Source of the DNA: Octopus vulgaris
Lineage: Eukaryota
Assembly (NCBI GenBank): GCA_951406725.2
Contig: OX597843.1
Coordinates: 7,502,001 to 7,566,000 of the forward strand
Length of the DNA stretch: 64,000 nucleotides
Reading direction: 5' to 3'
Positions 52,556 through 64,000 of the stretch are shown piece by piece. The position numbers and the translations under genes are program-made. Each line of letters opens with the position of its first letter. The first letter of the stretch is position 1. The notes under the pieces are model-generated. The model was not told the origin of the DNA. It worked only from the letters and a program-made list of their open reading frames with translations, and ran no database searches.

Positions 52556-54033
52556 GGTTAAACTAAAGCGTTACGCCATTCAGAGAATCAAAAAAATGTG
52601 TATAATAAGTGTACGAAACAACTTCCTATGAACGAATAGGAAAAAATGCCCGCACGCGAAAGGGGGGTGGGGGGAGAGGCCTCCTGGAAAATTCACATCG
52701 GGAATTTCCGAAAGCGTCTGACCCGGGCACAAAAATGTGGAACGCAGCTTGTCTAAAAAAACAAAAATAGCGTAATAGGTGTCAAAAACAAAAACAACTT
52801 GCTCTAAACGAATATGATAAAAAAAATGCCGCGCTCGCGAAACGGGGGTTGGAGGAGAGGCTTCAGGAAATTTCAACATCTTATTTGCACGGCCTTTAAA
52901 CTAAGAAAAAATAGACGGTAATTATAAAACTACTTGTTCTAAACGAGTATCAAGAACACACACTCACAACATTGAATCATAAACTACGTATTTTTGTACA
53001 TATTTCGCAAAAAAATGCCTTATCAAATGTCCTTAAGGACAAAAGGACAACTGTCCTTATGGGGCCTGGACTTGAATAGAACTTGGTACCAACAATCGTC
53101 TTGTAAACAACTGTTCTTAGACAAAAGATATTTCAATGACCGGTGTTTACTCATCCCCATCTTCTGGTGTGGAGGATTTCCCGCTCCGGTTAAACTAAAG
53201 CGTTACGCCATTCCCGATTCTTGGGCTGCGTATAACCCTCTTGGAAATCTCGGGTATACCCACTTCCGCATCAACCACAGTGAAAACTTTGTTGATCCGA
53301 CAAACGCGTCGGTGCACACACATACGATAGAGAGATTGTGGGGGTCAGTTAAGAGATCGGTTGTTCGCCCGGGCATTCGTGCCTGTTACTTAAAACAATA
53401 CCTCGCCAAGTTCCTTTTTATGGACAGCATAAAAAACGTGCTGCCAAGAGATTACACTGTATTCTTATTGGCAGCAGCAAGTCTTTATCCTGGCTCCGAG
53501 ATAATTTTTTCCTCCAAACGCAACCCATCTCATTTCTTTATCAACACTGTCGATGGACCACTCAAAGAGGTATGTATACATGATCATTTTCGTAACATAA
53601 TTTCTGTAGTATTTCAAGATGTTTCTGACACGTATTTTGATTCACATGGCGGAGATCCAACATTTCTTCACTTTTTCCAGAATTTCTTCTCTTTATTATT
53701 TTTTTTGCGAAATATGTACAAAAAATACGTAGTTTATGATTCATGTGTGAGTGTGTGTTCTTGATACTCGTTTAGAACAAGTAGTTTTACACAATTACAC
53801 TATTTTTCTTAGTTTAAAGGCCGTGCACTGAAGATGTGAAATTTCCGAAGCCTCTCCCCCACCCCCATTTCGCGAGCGCGCATTTTTTTGTCATCATATT
53901 CGTTTAGAGCAAGTTGTTTTACACCTATTACGCTATTTTTGTTTTTGTTTTTGTGCCCGGGTCAGACGCTTTGGAATATTCCCGATATAAATTTTCCGAG
54001 GCCTCTCCCCCACCCCCTCTTTCGCGAGTGCGG
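52556..54033 (+). mobile_element. Merlin/ISXO2 (IS1595-like) transposon remnant nested in a SINE
   Basis: D.W.AY..L...GY.H...NHSENFVDP....HT.TIE.LW motif at ~53216-53420, with long internal inverted arms (~52640-53020 / 53700-54030). Confidence 0.85.
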
Positions 54034-54648
54034 ATGAGCGAAAACACCTAAAGCTCCACGATGCTCCAGCAGGGGCTGGTAGCAATCCCTGCTGTACTCT
54101 TTCGTCACAACTTTCTCTCACTCTGTCTTCTATTGGTGGCGGGGTGGCGTCATTTGAAGGCTAAAACATTTCGAAGCGCATTGTGACCAGCGATGTGTAG
54201 CAACATCTGATAGCCTGGTCGGTTACGGTAATCACGGTAATCACACATATATATATGTATATACATATATGCACATATATATATATATATATTTATTTTC
54301 GTAAAACTTCCTGTTATATATATAACCTTATTTAGCCCTTGCTTATAAGATATTTATAATTTTTAACCGTAAAGGTTCTTTTAATATACTGCCACAATTC
54401 CTGATGGAGTTTTTTCTGTAGAGAAAAGGCTACATCCCTTTTAATAGTAGTAAACTAATTACTGCTCGCTGCAGGGGTACTTGTAACCACTACAATATGT
54501 AGCGGCGGTAAATCAACATGTTGTTCTGAGACTTAACCTAAGAACTTTTTTTTTGGATATAATTGGGTTACTCAGATGTGCTTGTGTTGTTCGCTTCCGC
54601 TGTTTTCCAGAGGCTTGTGTAAGTATCTCACTTATATTCTCTCGTAAG

Positions 54649-54707
54649 CTTAACTGAAGACGAACGAACCCTTACACGGTTAATTCCGAAATTAATTCAA
54701 TATTGAG
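54649..54707 (+). ncRNA. Type I hammerhead candidate in a ~490-bp terminally redundant element (54332-54840)
   Basis: CTTAA-CTGAAGA-CGAA..AACC..GGTT..TTCC-GAAA-TT.....AA-TA-TTGAG. 22-bp direct repeat TTAGC.CTTGCTTATAAGATAT at both ends. Confidence 0.65.
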
Positions 54708-55105
54708 ATAACGAAATTTAAATGTTCCAAAGGTATAGTTGCCCGAATTTCAGTTCAACTTTCTGTAGCAAGTAGATTAAACGTGGATTTCAGTATATTG
54801 GCTTTAGAAAAACCTTCTTTAGCTCTTGCTTATAAGATATATATATAACAGGAAGCTTTATGAAAATAAACAAAAGACGAAGGCAGGTGGAGTACAAACA
54901 AACAATTGTATTAGTATAGTGCTTAGGAAGAGAAATAAAACAAGTCATTTACGATTCGAGCCTACGCTCTTCAACAGAAAGATACACAGAAAAGAAACAC
55001 GGAGAGAAACAAGGATAGAAAAAAAAGGTTGAAAAAAAATGCATGCAGGAGCTAACGAATCAACATGGTAGTCTATGTATATATATATATATATATATAT
55101 ACACA

Positions 55106-56120
55106 CTAGCATTACGACCCGTCGTTGCCGGGTCATAGTGCTAGTGCATGTATATATGTGTACATATTACATGTACATCTATATATATAAATCTAAACAT
55201 AAAATACAAAATACAAAGTTATATCTTGATATCGCTAGTAATAACAATACTCAAAATATATAACAGACTGGAATTGTACGCCCGTCTCTCGCAATTTTGA
55301 TCAATTGTACCTTGTCCTCCCTGTTGTATAGAAGTGTGGCTACAATCAAACCTACCTCTACATCGGGCGGGTGGAGTACATTTTTAATTTTTATCCAGCA
55401 CGTCCAACGTCCCAGATATAAAGGTAAAAATAAAATATTTCCACTTTGCAAGTTCGAGTCGAGTACTCCCTTGCACGCTCTGTTGACTCGAACCTTGCTT
55501 CTATTGTGGCGAATTTACGACCTCTGGTTAGATATCATTCATAGTCGCACCAATACACTTTTTGATGGTGCATTCCACCAGGTGTTCAAATCTTTTTTCT
55601 ACATTGTATACTTTATAGACAATAGTCTTTTCTTTAATTTAATTTTTTATTGTCCATCTGGACTGTTCCATTTCTGCACGCTAATTTTATTTTTAATTTA
55701 TTCCCATTCATGTGAAACCACTTATTCAAGTTCAAGTCATTGATGCAATTTTATACCAATTGCTATTTTTACTTTTGTTATGTTACGATTATATTATACT
55801 TTAGTTTGATTTTAATTATTACTTACTACATATATTTCAATTGTTATTATTATTTTTATTGTTAAAGTGAAAGTATCTGGCATAAAATAGAGAAATTGGT
55901 TTTGTTTCACTTTTAATATGTAATATTGAAATAGTGGAGAAGACATGATATTGCTATGGGCTCGCTCTAGGCAAGAAGTTGAACATTTTTTTTTGCCGAT
56001 GACACTCCCCGGACCCTAAGTAAGGCATGTGTAAAATCTGAATGGAATTGGTTGTGGAGTTCTCAAGTTTTAGAGAAACACACAGACAGACAGACACATT
56101 CTCAGTTTTATATATATAGA
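55106..56120 (-). mobile_element. Non-autonomous Helitron-like element
   Basis: Minus-strand TCTATATATATAAAACT 5' end (like 8865), and hairpin GACCCG..CGGGTC with CTAG at the other end. Confidence 0.55.
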
Positions 56121-56121
56121 G

Positions 56122-56153
<32 letters not shown>

Positions 56154-56650
56154 TTAACGTCCATTTTCCGTGCTAGCGCGGGTTGGACGGTGCGACCGGG
56201 GTCTGGGAAGCCAGGGGCTGCACCAGGCTCCAGTCTGATCTGGCAGTGTTTCTACAGCTGTATGCCCTTCCTAATGCCAACCACTCTGCGAGTGTAGTTG
56301 GTGCTTTTTACGTGCCACCGGCATAGGTGCCAGGGGAGTCTGGCATCGGCCATGATTGGTTGGTGCTTTTAATGTGCCACCGGCACAGAAGCCAGTCAAG
56401 GCGGCGCTGCCATCGGCCACGCTCGGATGGTGCTTTTTATGTGCCACTGCACAGAAGCCAGTCAAGGAGGTGCTGGCATCGGCCACGTTCGGATGGTGCT
56501 TTTTATGTGCCATGGGTCAGAAGCCAGTCGAGGCGGTGCTGGCCTCAGTCACGTTCGGATGGTGCTTTTTATGTACCACCGGCACAGGGATCACAACTAC
56601 TATTTCCATTGATATTTATTTCGATGTTCATGTACTTGACTCAACAGGTC
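56122..56650 (-). mobile_element. Retroposon with (ATG)n tail and internal ~63-bp tandem units (related: 17300-17437, 26200-26375, 35430-35902, 58520-58727)
   Basis: (CAT)n tail + TTAACGTCC..TTCC.TGCTAGC.GGGTTGGAC body shared among copies. Confidence 0.75.
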
Positions 56651-56748
56651 TCCTCAAGCGGAATCCAAGGTACTTTGAATGGGCACAATCAGATGTAGGA
56701 GGCCCGAGATCCTAGAAGACACACACAGAGAACAGATTGTATATAATA

Positions 56749-56826
<78 letters not shown>

Positions 56827-56827
56827 G

Positions 56828-56889
<62 letters not shown>

Positions 56890-57051
56890 CATAACTGCAC
56901 CTTCCATTTTTTGTTGTTTTTGTACTGCTTAAAGGCACGTTTCTTTCCTGCCAAGCTTACTGTTTAAACCATGTTTATGTTACCCCAGTCATCAGCCTTA
57001 TCATTACTGGTATTTTAAATATATGTATATATATATAAATATGAATATATA

Positions 57052-57163
<112 letters not shown>

Positions 57164-57736
57164 TATATATATGTATATATATATATATATGTGTGTGTGT
57201 GTATATATATATATATATGTATTGGAACAATATAAACATAAATATAAGCTAAGCATAGGCGCATATAGAGATATACACATGCGCAAATGAAGACAGATAC
57301 AATAGAAAATAGTTGACGGTTAGTAAGGAGAGACACAAAAATAAGAAAGAAGAAATTAAAGGACCACTGATGAGGTCACAGGAGTGTCACGAAAGAACTC
57401 TGGCTGAAATAAGATTAAGGTTAATGTAAAAAATAAATAACGCTGAAACAAATTAATACCAAATATATAGTGCGTGTGTTTTTATTGGCTAAACTGGCAA
57501 AATGACCATTCCGAAATACAACAATATCTGTTTCAACACACGACTTCACATAAAAAATCTTACACAACATATTTACAAATGTAAAAATTTACAAACATTT
57601 CCTGAAAATTCCAGGGGTCATCTGGGTTACTTAAAGCAGAATTCTGCCAATCTGTTTTTTTTTTTGGTTCTATTTATTTTACAAAAAAGAAAAAAGAAAA
57701 ATGACCTTCCCTCCTACTTCTAATTTTTTTTTTCAG

Positions 57737-57885
57737 GTGGGAATACAAAACAGACAGGCATGACATAGGTTTTGGAATTTTACAGAAAGTTCCAGATGGC
57801 ACTGAAGAGGTTGTACCGATTGAGAGAACAGACTGTTCCATACTCACCTTAGATGGTACTCACATATGTAAAGAACCAGGAGTAT
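57737..57885 (+). pseudogene. Orphan duplicate of GOLD exon 8 (intact splice sites, two codon changes R>Q and A>P)
   Basis: Near-identical to 28938-29086 including intron flanks. No upstream exon 7 or terminal exon copy nearby. Confidence 0.85.
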
Positions 57886-60800
57886 GTAAGTAAACAACAT
57901 CTTATTTTACTCAACACATTGTCCCCCTCTGCCCCTCTCTCTCTCTATATGTGTGTATATATATATATGTGTATATATACATATATATATGTATCTATAC
58001 ATAAATGTGTATCTATATATATATATGTGTATCTATATATATATATATATATATATGTGTATCTATATATATATATATATATATGTGTATCTATATATAT
58101 ATATATATATGTGTATATATATATATGTGTATATATATGAGCAACGCTGCGATGGACTGGTGTCCCCTCCAGCTGGGGAACACATACGCCATTGAAACCG
58201 GGAAACAGGGCCCATAAGCCTGGCTAGGCTTTAAAAGGGCGCACTTATTTATTTTAATATGTAGCAAAATGAGAAGCATGCAATAGAAGTATTAACTCTC
58301 CTCCCACCACCACGACTACCACCATCACCACTACCATCACCACCTCCACCACTACCACCACCACTACCACCACCACTACCATCACCACCACCACCACTAC
58401 CATCAAAAACCATCATCTCCACCACCACTACCATCAAAAACCATCATCTCCACCACCACTACCATCAAAAACCATCATCTCCACCACCACTACCATCAAA
58501 ACCATCATCTCCACCACCATCCTAACGTCGTCGTGCCAGCGCCGCCCCGGTGGCACGTAAAAAGCACCCACTACACTCACAGAGTGGTTGGCCTTAGGAA
58601 GGGCATCCAGCTGTAGAAACACTGCCAGATCAGACTGGGCCTGGTGCAGCCTTCTGGCTTCCCAGACCCCAGTTGAACTGTCCAACCCATGCTAGCATTG
58701 AAAGCGGACGTTAAACGATGATGATGATTTTCCAAAAATTTTCGTTGCGTCTTGCAGACTTTTCAATAGTCTGTTACTCTTTTACTTGTTTCAGTTATTT
58801 GACTGGCCATGCTGGAGCACCACCTTTAGTCGAGCAAATCGACCCCAGGACTTATTCTTTTTAAGCCTAGTACTTATTCTATCGGTATCATTTCCTAATC
58901 CATTAAATTACGGGGACGTAAACACAGCAGCATGTTTTCACCTCAATAGACAGTCATTGATTGGTTGAAATTGCCGAAATGCAAGAAATTAAAGACCAAA
59001 TATCTTACAAACTATAGAATTTTCTCAATAAAGCCAAGAGAAAAAGATCTTTTATTAACACATTCTACTAGTATACGAAGTTTAGAAGTGTTTAGTTACC
59101 TAGAAATTATGTTAAAAACTGCCGTTCAAACCGAAAAGATCTGAAGTAAAAAGTACAATGTCAGGAGAAAGTGATAAAAGAAGGGTTAGAATAAAACGGA
59201 TAAGAGAGGGTTAGCAAAATGGATGCCAAAAGAAAAAGAAAAGGGAAACAGACGAAGAATCACTTTTTGGTTAAACATTCAGTGTTTAACTTAATTTTAT
59301 TTATAGAAAAAAATATTCTCTGTGTGAAAAGTCTGGCTGCATACACGTTGGCATATGTCAGGTGCATACAATTGACAACACTGCTAATTAAGATTTATTC
59401 AGTGAGTTCTATCGAACACATGTTTACACGTGGAATCAGCAGAATCATTATTAACTTTAGATGGCTCGCAGGTGAGGTGAACAAATTAGTGAGAGAGATA
59501 GACTGGCAATACTTCTACGCTACCAGCAAATTAAATATGGGGTTGCAAATGAAACAGTGAGTGATCCTTGCAATGCCTTTCAAGTAGACCGCAATATACC
59601 TGCGTGAATTTATAAAAATGCAACTCTTCGTGGAACAATACAGTCAAGACAGCGTTCTGGGCGACCAAGCCTTGTCAAAAATGCTGCTATGCAGGAAAGA
59701 ATGGTGAATGCTATTCGTGAAAGGCGTCACCCGACAGTGCAACTTTTATTGCGACCGCCTCAAAGCTCGGATTTAAATCCATTAGATGAAGGCATTTTCA
59801 AAATTTTGGCTGATAAAGTTGAACTGAAAAACCCTACAACGAGGCATGAATTGCTCGAAGCCATCTTGCAGTTTTGGGAAGAGCTATCTGAGCGGAATAT
59901 TCGTGGATGTATTCAACATCAAACTCATGTTCGGTGTCAAATAGTTGTCTGTCGTCATGGTAACAGATTCGTGTAATAAAGCCAGACTTTTCACACAGAG
60001 GTTACATAAAAGGAAGAAAAATATGAAGAAGAAAAGAAGACCATGACAAGCCCAAGAGTGAGTGAGGGTTACAAGATAACTGCAGATTGGTCGTCGCACC
60101 GGTGGATGGTGAAAGCAAACTGTTATGGTTTCTGTTTCCAAAAGGATTATGGAACGCAGCAGGAGAGAGGCCAAAATTGGTGAGGGGGAAAAATCCAGTG
60201 GTAATTTACAGAAGTGAAATACCCCACCTCCCTCCCCTCCCTCCATCTCTACCTACCCATCTACCCACCTACCTACCTATCTTCCTATCTACCTACCCAC
60301 CTACATACCTACCTACCTACCTACCTACCTACCCACCTACCTACCTTATTTTTTTTTTGTTCTTTTCTTCCCTTTTACGATCCCTTTTGATCGAAAACCT
60401 ATGCCACCCTTTTTTTTTGTTTCTTTTGTTTTTTGTTTTTTTTCATCCCCCAAATGAAAAGCTCTACCTTGTAACTTGTCCCATCTGTGTGCAGCCCTGT
60501 GTGGCCAATAAAGAAACTTATCTTCCTATCTACCTACCCACCTACCTACCTACCTATCCATCTATCTACCTACCTACCTATCTTATCTACCTATCTATCT
60601 ACCTACCTACCTACCTACCTATCTTCCTATCTTCGTACCCACCTACCTACCTACCTACCTACCGACCTACCTACCTACCTACCTACCTACCTACCCACCT
60701 ACCTACCTATCTTCCTATCTTCCTACCCACCTACCTACCTACCCACCTACCTACTTACATACCTACCAACCTACCTACCTAACTTCCTATTTACCTACCT

Positions 60801-63078
60801 ACCTGTCTTCCTACCCACCTACCTACCTATCTTCCTATCTTCGTACTCACCTACCTACCTACCCACCTACCTACCTATCTTCCTATCGTCCTACCCACCT
60901 ACCTACTTACCGACCTACCTACTTACCCACCTACCTACCCATCTACCTACCTACCTACCCACCTACCTACTTACATACCTACCTACCCATCTACCTACCT
61001 ACCTACCTATCTTCGTACCCACCTACCTACTTACCTACCCACCTACCTACCTATCTTCCTACCCACCTACCTACCTATCTTCCTATCTATCTACCCACCT
61101 ACCTACATACCCACCTGCCTACCCACCTACCTACCCACCTACCTACCTATCTTCCTATCGTCCTACCCACCTACCTACTTACCCACCTACCTACCCATCT
61201 ACCTACCTACCTACCTATCTTATCTACCTACCTACCTACTTACCTATTTCATTTGGTCAGATAGCGTAGGTCCTCGACTCCATGGTGTTGTATTGGTAGT
61301 AGTAGAAGTGGTCGTGTTGGTAGTTTAGTAGCAGTTGCAGTAGTTGCTGTAATAATTGTAATAGAGGCAATTTCCTCTTTCCCCACTGCCACTCACTTGC
61401 TAATCAGTACCCACTTACAACCAGATCCCAGAATGGTAAACAGCTCCCAATTCCGCCACCCCCCTCTCCTAAGGATCTTTCAAATCCTGTCTCCACAACA
61501 ACCCACCACCGTCCCATCCTTCCCAGCACATTACTTAATCAACCCACAACATGACTCACCCCTCCCTACTCTAAATTGCCAACAGCCTTCGCGGATCTTT
61601 TCGGTTTGAACGGCAGTTTTTAACATAATTCCTAGGTAACTAAAAAACTTTAAACTTCGTATTCTGGTAGAATGTGTTTATTAAACATTTTTTCCTCTTG
61701 GCTTTATTCAGAAAATTCTATAGTTTGTAAGATATTTGTTGTTTTTTTTCTTCAATTTCTGCAATTTCAACCAATCAATGACGTCTATTGGGGTAAAAAA
61801 CATTCTGTGCCGTATGAATATGTCCCTCGTTTAAGAAACAGATTGGGTTTATTTACATTTCTGGAGAAAAAAAGATACCATTTCCCCCACCTCTAACACT
61901 AACCCTAAAACAGATTGAAATGCAATAGATCGATACTAGGGTCATAATTATGGGTGACAATTTCATATGACACCACTAGAAAAACTACCGTTCAAACTGA
62001 AAAGATCCGCCTTCGCCAATTCACTATTATTTTCCTACCAGGATAACACTAAATCCCTACATTTTCTTCCAATATCTACACCAAAATATTTCAGGACGAG
62101 ACAAACGCACCCCCCAAGACCAGAAATACCACATAAAATCTTAAAAAGCAAACATGTTTCTTCCGATGAATTCCTATATTTTCTTATAATAATTGGACAA
62201 AAACATTGCACGAAAACACAAAATACACACAACACCAAAGAACAACAACCAACTGCATAAACAGACGTCAAAAGAAAATCAGACATTTTGAGTTTCCGTT
62301 TCTTTTTAGGGTTGTTCTGCTCAACAAGAATTCCTGCAACAACTGGGACCTTTGCTGCAAAAAATAAATAAATAAATAAATATATAAATAAATATATAAA
62401 CAAGCAAATAAATAAATAAATAAAGTAGTAGCTATTCAACATCTGGTGTTTGGCATATTTCTTTTATAGGTGCAGGTATGGCTGTGTGGTAAGTTGTTAG
62501 CTTCCCACCCGAATTGATTTGGGGTTCAGTCCCATTGCATGGCACCATGGGCAAGTGTCTTCTACTATAGCCTTGAACCAACCAACTAAAGTTTTGTATA
62601 TATATATATATATATATATCAGTAAATAAATGGAGTTGAAAGAAGATGTTATTAAAATTCTTTTACTTTCTACATATATAATGTCTTGTTGTTGAGATAT
62701 GCTCTCTTTCTTTCCTGATGAGAAGATTGCATTTTACACCGTTTATTCCTTTGGAATAAAACCAATGTCGTCTTCGAAACATATGTCGAAAGTAAAAGAA
62801 TTTTAATAACATCTTCGTTCAACTCCATTTATATACTTATACTACACAAATTACTGCACATTAACCCGGAGCTTCTACATTTGAATAGGTCGCAAAATTC
62901 ACGCAAGTAACAAGAATGAGTGTGTGTATGTGCATATATATATATATACATATATAGATAGATGGATGGATAGATAGATAGATAGATAGATAGATAGTTA
63001 GATAGATAGATAGATAGATGGATGGATATATATATATACATACATACAAACACAGACACACAAACTTATACACACACC

Positions 63079-63150
<72 letters not shown>

Positions 63151-63315
63151 GGTGTTTGCTAGTTTAGCCCACGTGGTGGAAGGGGAGAGCAGGAATTCTT
63201 CGCTTGCATATTTTGAATTTGTTAGCACTGTCAGTTTGAACGGGTCATCTGAGGTGTTAAGTCGCCAAAAGGGTATGTTCCTACTTTCAGTGTTTCCAAA
63301 TCCAAATTAAGAAAT

Positions 63316-63378
63316 TTTGGGCTGACGAAAGAAATGTCGAATTTTATTTGGCTGATCTAGAAACGTAACGTTCTCAAA
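63316..63378 (+). ncRNA. Type I hammerhead candidate in a ~520-bp element (63145-63665) inserted in (TA)n
   Basis: TTTGGG-CTGACGA-A-AGA...TCT-A-GAAA-CG-taa-CG-TT-CTCAAA. 6-bp stem I, GUU site. Confidence 0.7.
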
Positions 63379-63661
63379 TAATCTTTGCACTTGTGATTTT
63401 TTAATGTTTTTTACCCCCATACCTTCGTGGGTTATTCTGAGTAAACACTATCTGAGAGAAATTTTCTTTAAGTATTAGAAATAGCTAAAAAAACTTTTTT
63501 GGTCTGCTATTTCTAATGAGTTCAGTATGTGGCAAAGTAATTTATTTTACTAAGCTCTTTTATATAATGTAATATTTTGAATTCGCCTTAAATGGTCCTT
63601 TTACATACTGAATACTTGGTGAAATTGATTAATAACTAATTAATTTTACCCTCAATTGTTG

Positions 63662-63701
<40 letters not shown>

Positions 63702-64000
63702 CATATATACGATGGGCTTCTTTCAGTTTCTGTCTACCAAATTTACTCACAAGGCATTGGTCGACCCGAGGCTGTAGTAGAAGACACTTGCCCAAGGTGC
63801 CACACGCAATAGGGCTGAACCCGGAACCATCTGGCTGGTAAGAAAGCTACTTACCACACAGCCACTCCGAGAGAGAGAGGGAAGAGGAGAAATAGATATA
63901 TATAGAGAATGATGGACAGATTAATGGATAGACAGACAGACACTCTTCGAAACAGACACATTGAATGAAAGAAGGAGTGGCAGACAGACAGACATGCTAC

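Larger units (their letters stand above)
57310..64000 (+). repeat. Diverged segmental duplicate of ~27745-30600 joined to ~35625-40540
   Basis: Collinear exon 8, Tc1 element, CCTA tract, MITE, hammerhead hairpin and SINE, in the same order and orientation. Confidence 0.92.

Noticed and set aside
55297-55743. 148-aa ORF inside the Helitron-like element
   Set aside because: No Rep/helicase or other recognisable motif, and a non-ATG start.

Overview
Eukaryotic, AT-rich, repeat-dense genomic DNA. The SINE families and microsatellite load look like a cephalopod (Octopus-type) genome; this is inferred by recognition, not from a search. The one clear host gene is a plus-strand spliced CRAL-TRIO + GOLD (SEC14L2-family) gene closely resembling squid retinal-binding protein (RALBP). 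It has 9 coding exons in 4119-30859 that join into an intact 322-codon frame, and its 5' exon(s) are probably outside the window. A diverged segmental duplicate of its 3' region (57.3-64 kb) keeps one GOLD exon but has lost the terminal exon. The rest is satellites (68, 64 and 22 bp units), microsatellites, tRNA-derived SINEs, RTE- and Tx1-like LINE fragments, Helitron-, Merlin-, Tc1- and piggyBac-type elements. Almost all ORFs in the supplied track are repeat artefacts. The main hidden signal is non-coding: more than 20 hammerhead-ribozyme-like motifs from about 10 unrelated short elements sit mostly in (TA)n tracts, arranged as hairpins, terminally redundant monomers or tandem arrays (Penelope-like/retrozyme architecture). 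One family (8.5, 24.5-24.9 and 25.5 kb) has the three hammerhead strands in a non-circularly permuted, pseudoknotted order, supported by compensatory changes between copies.
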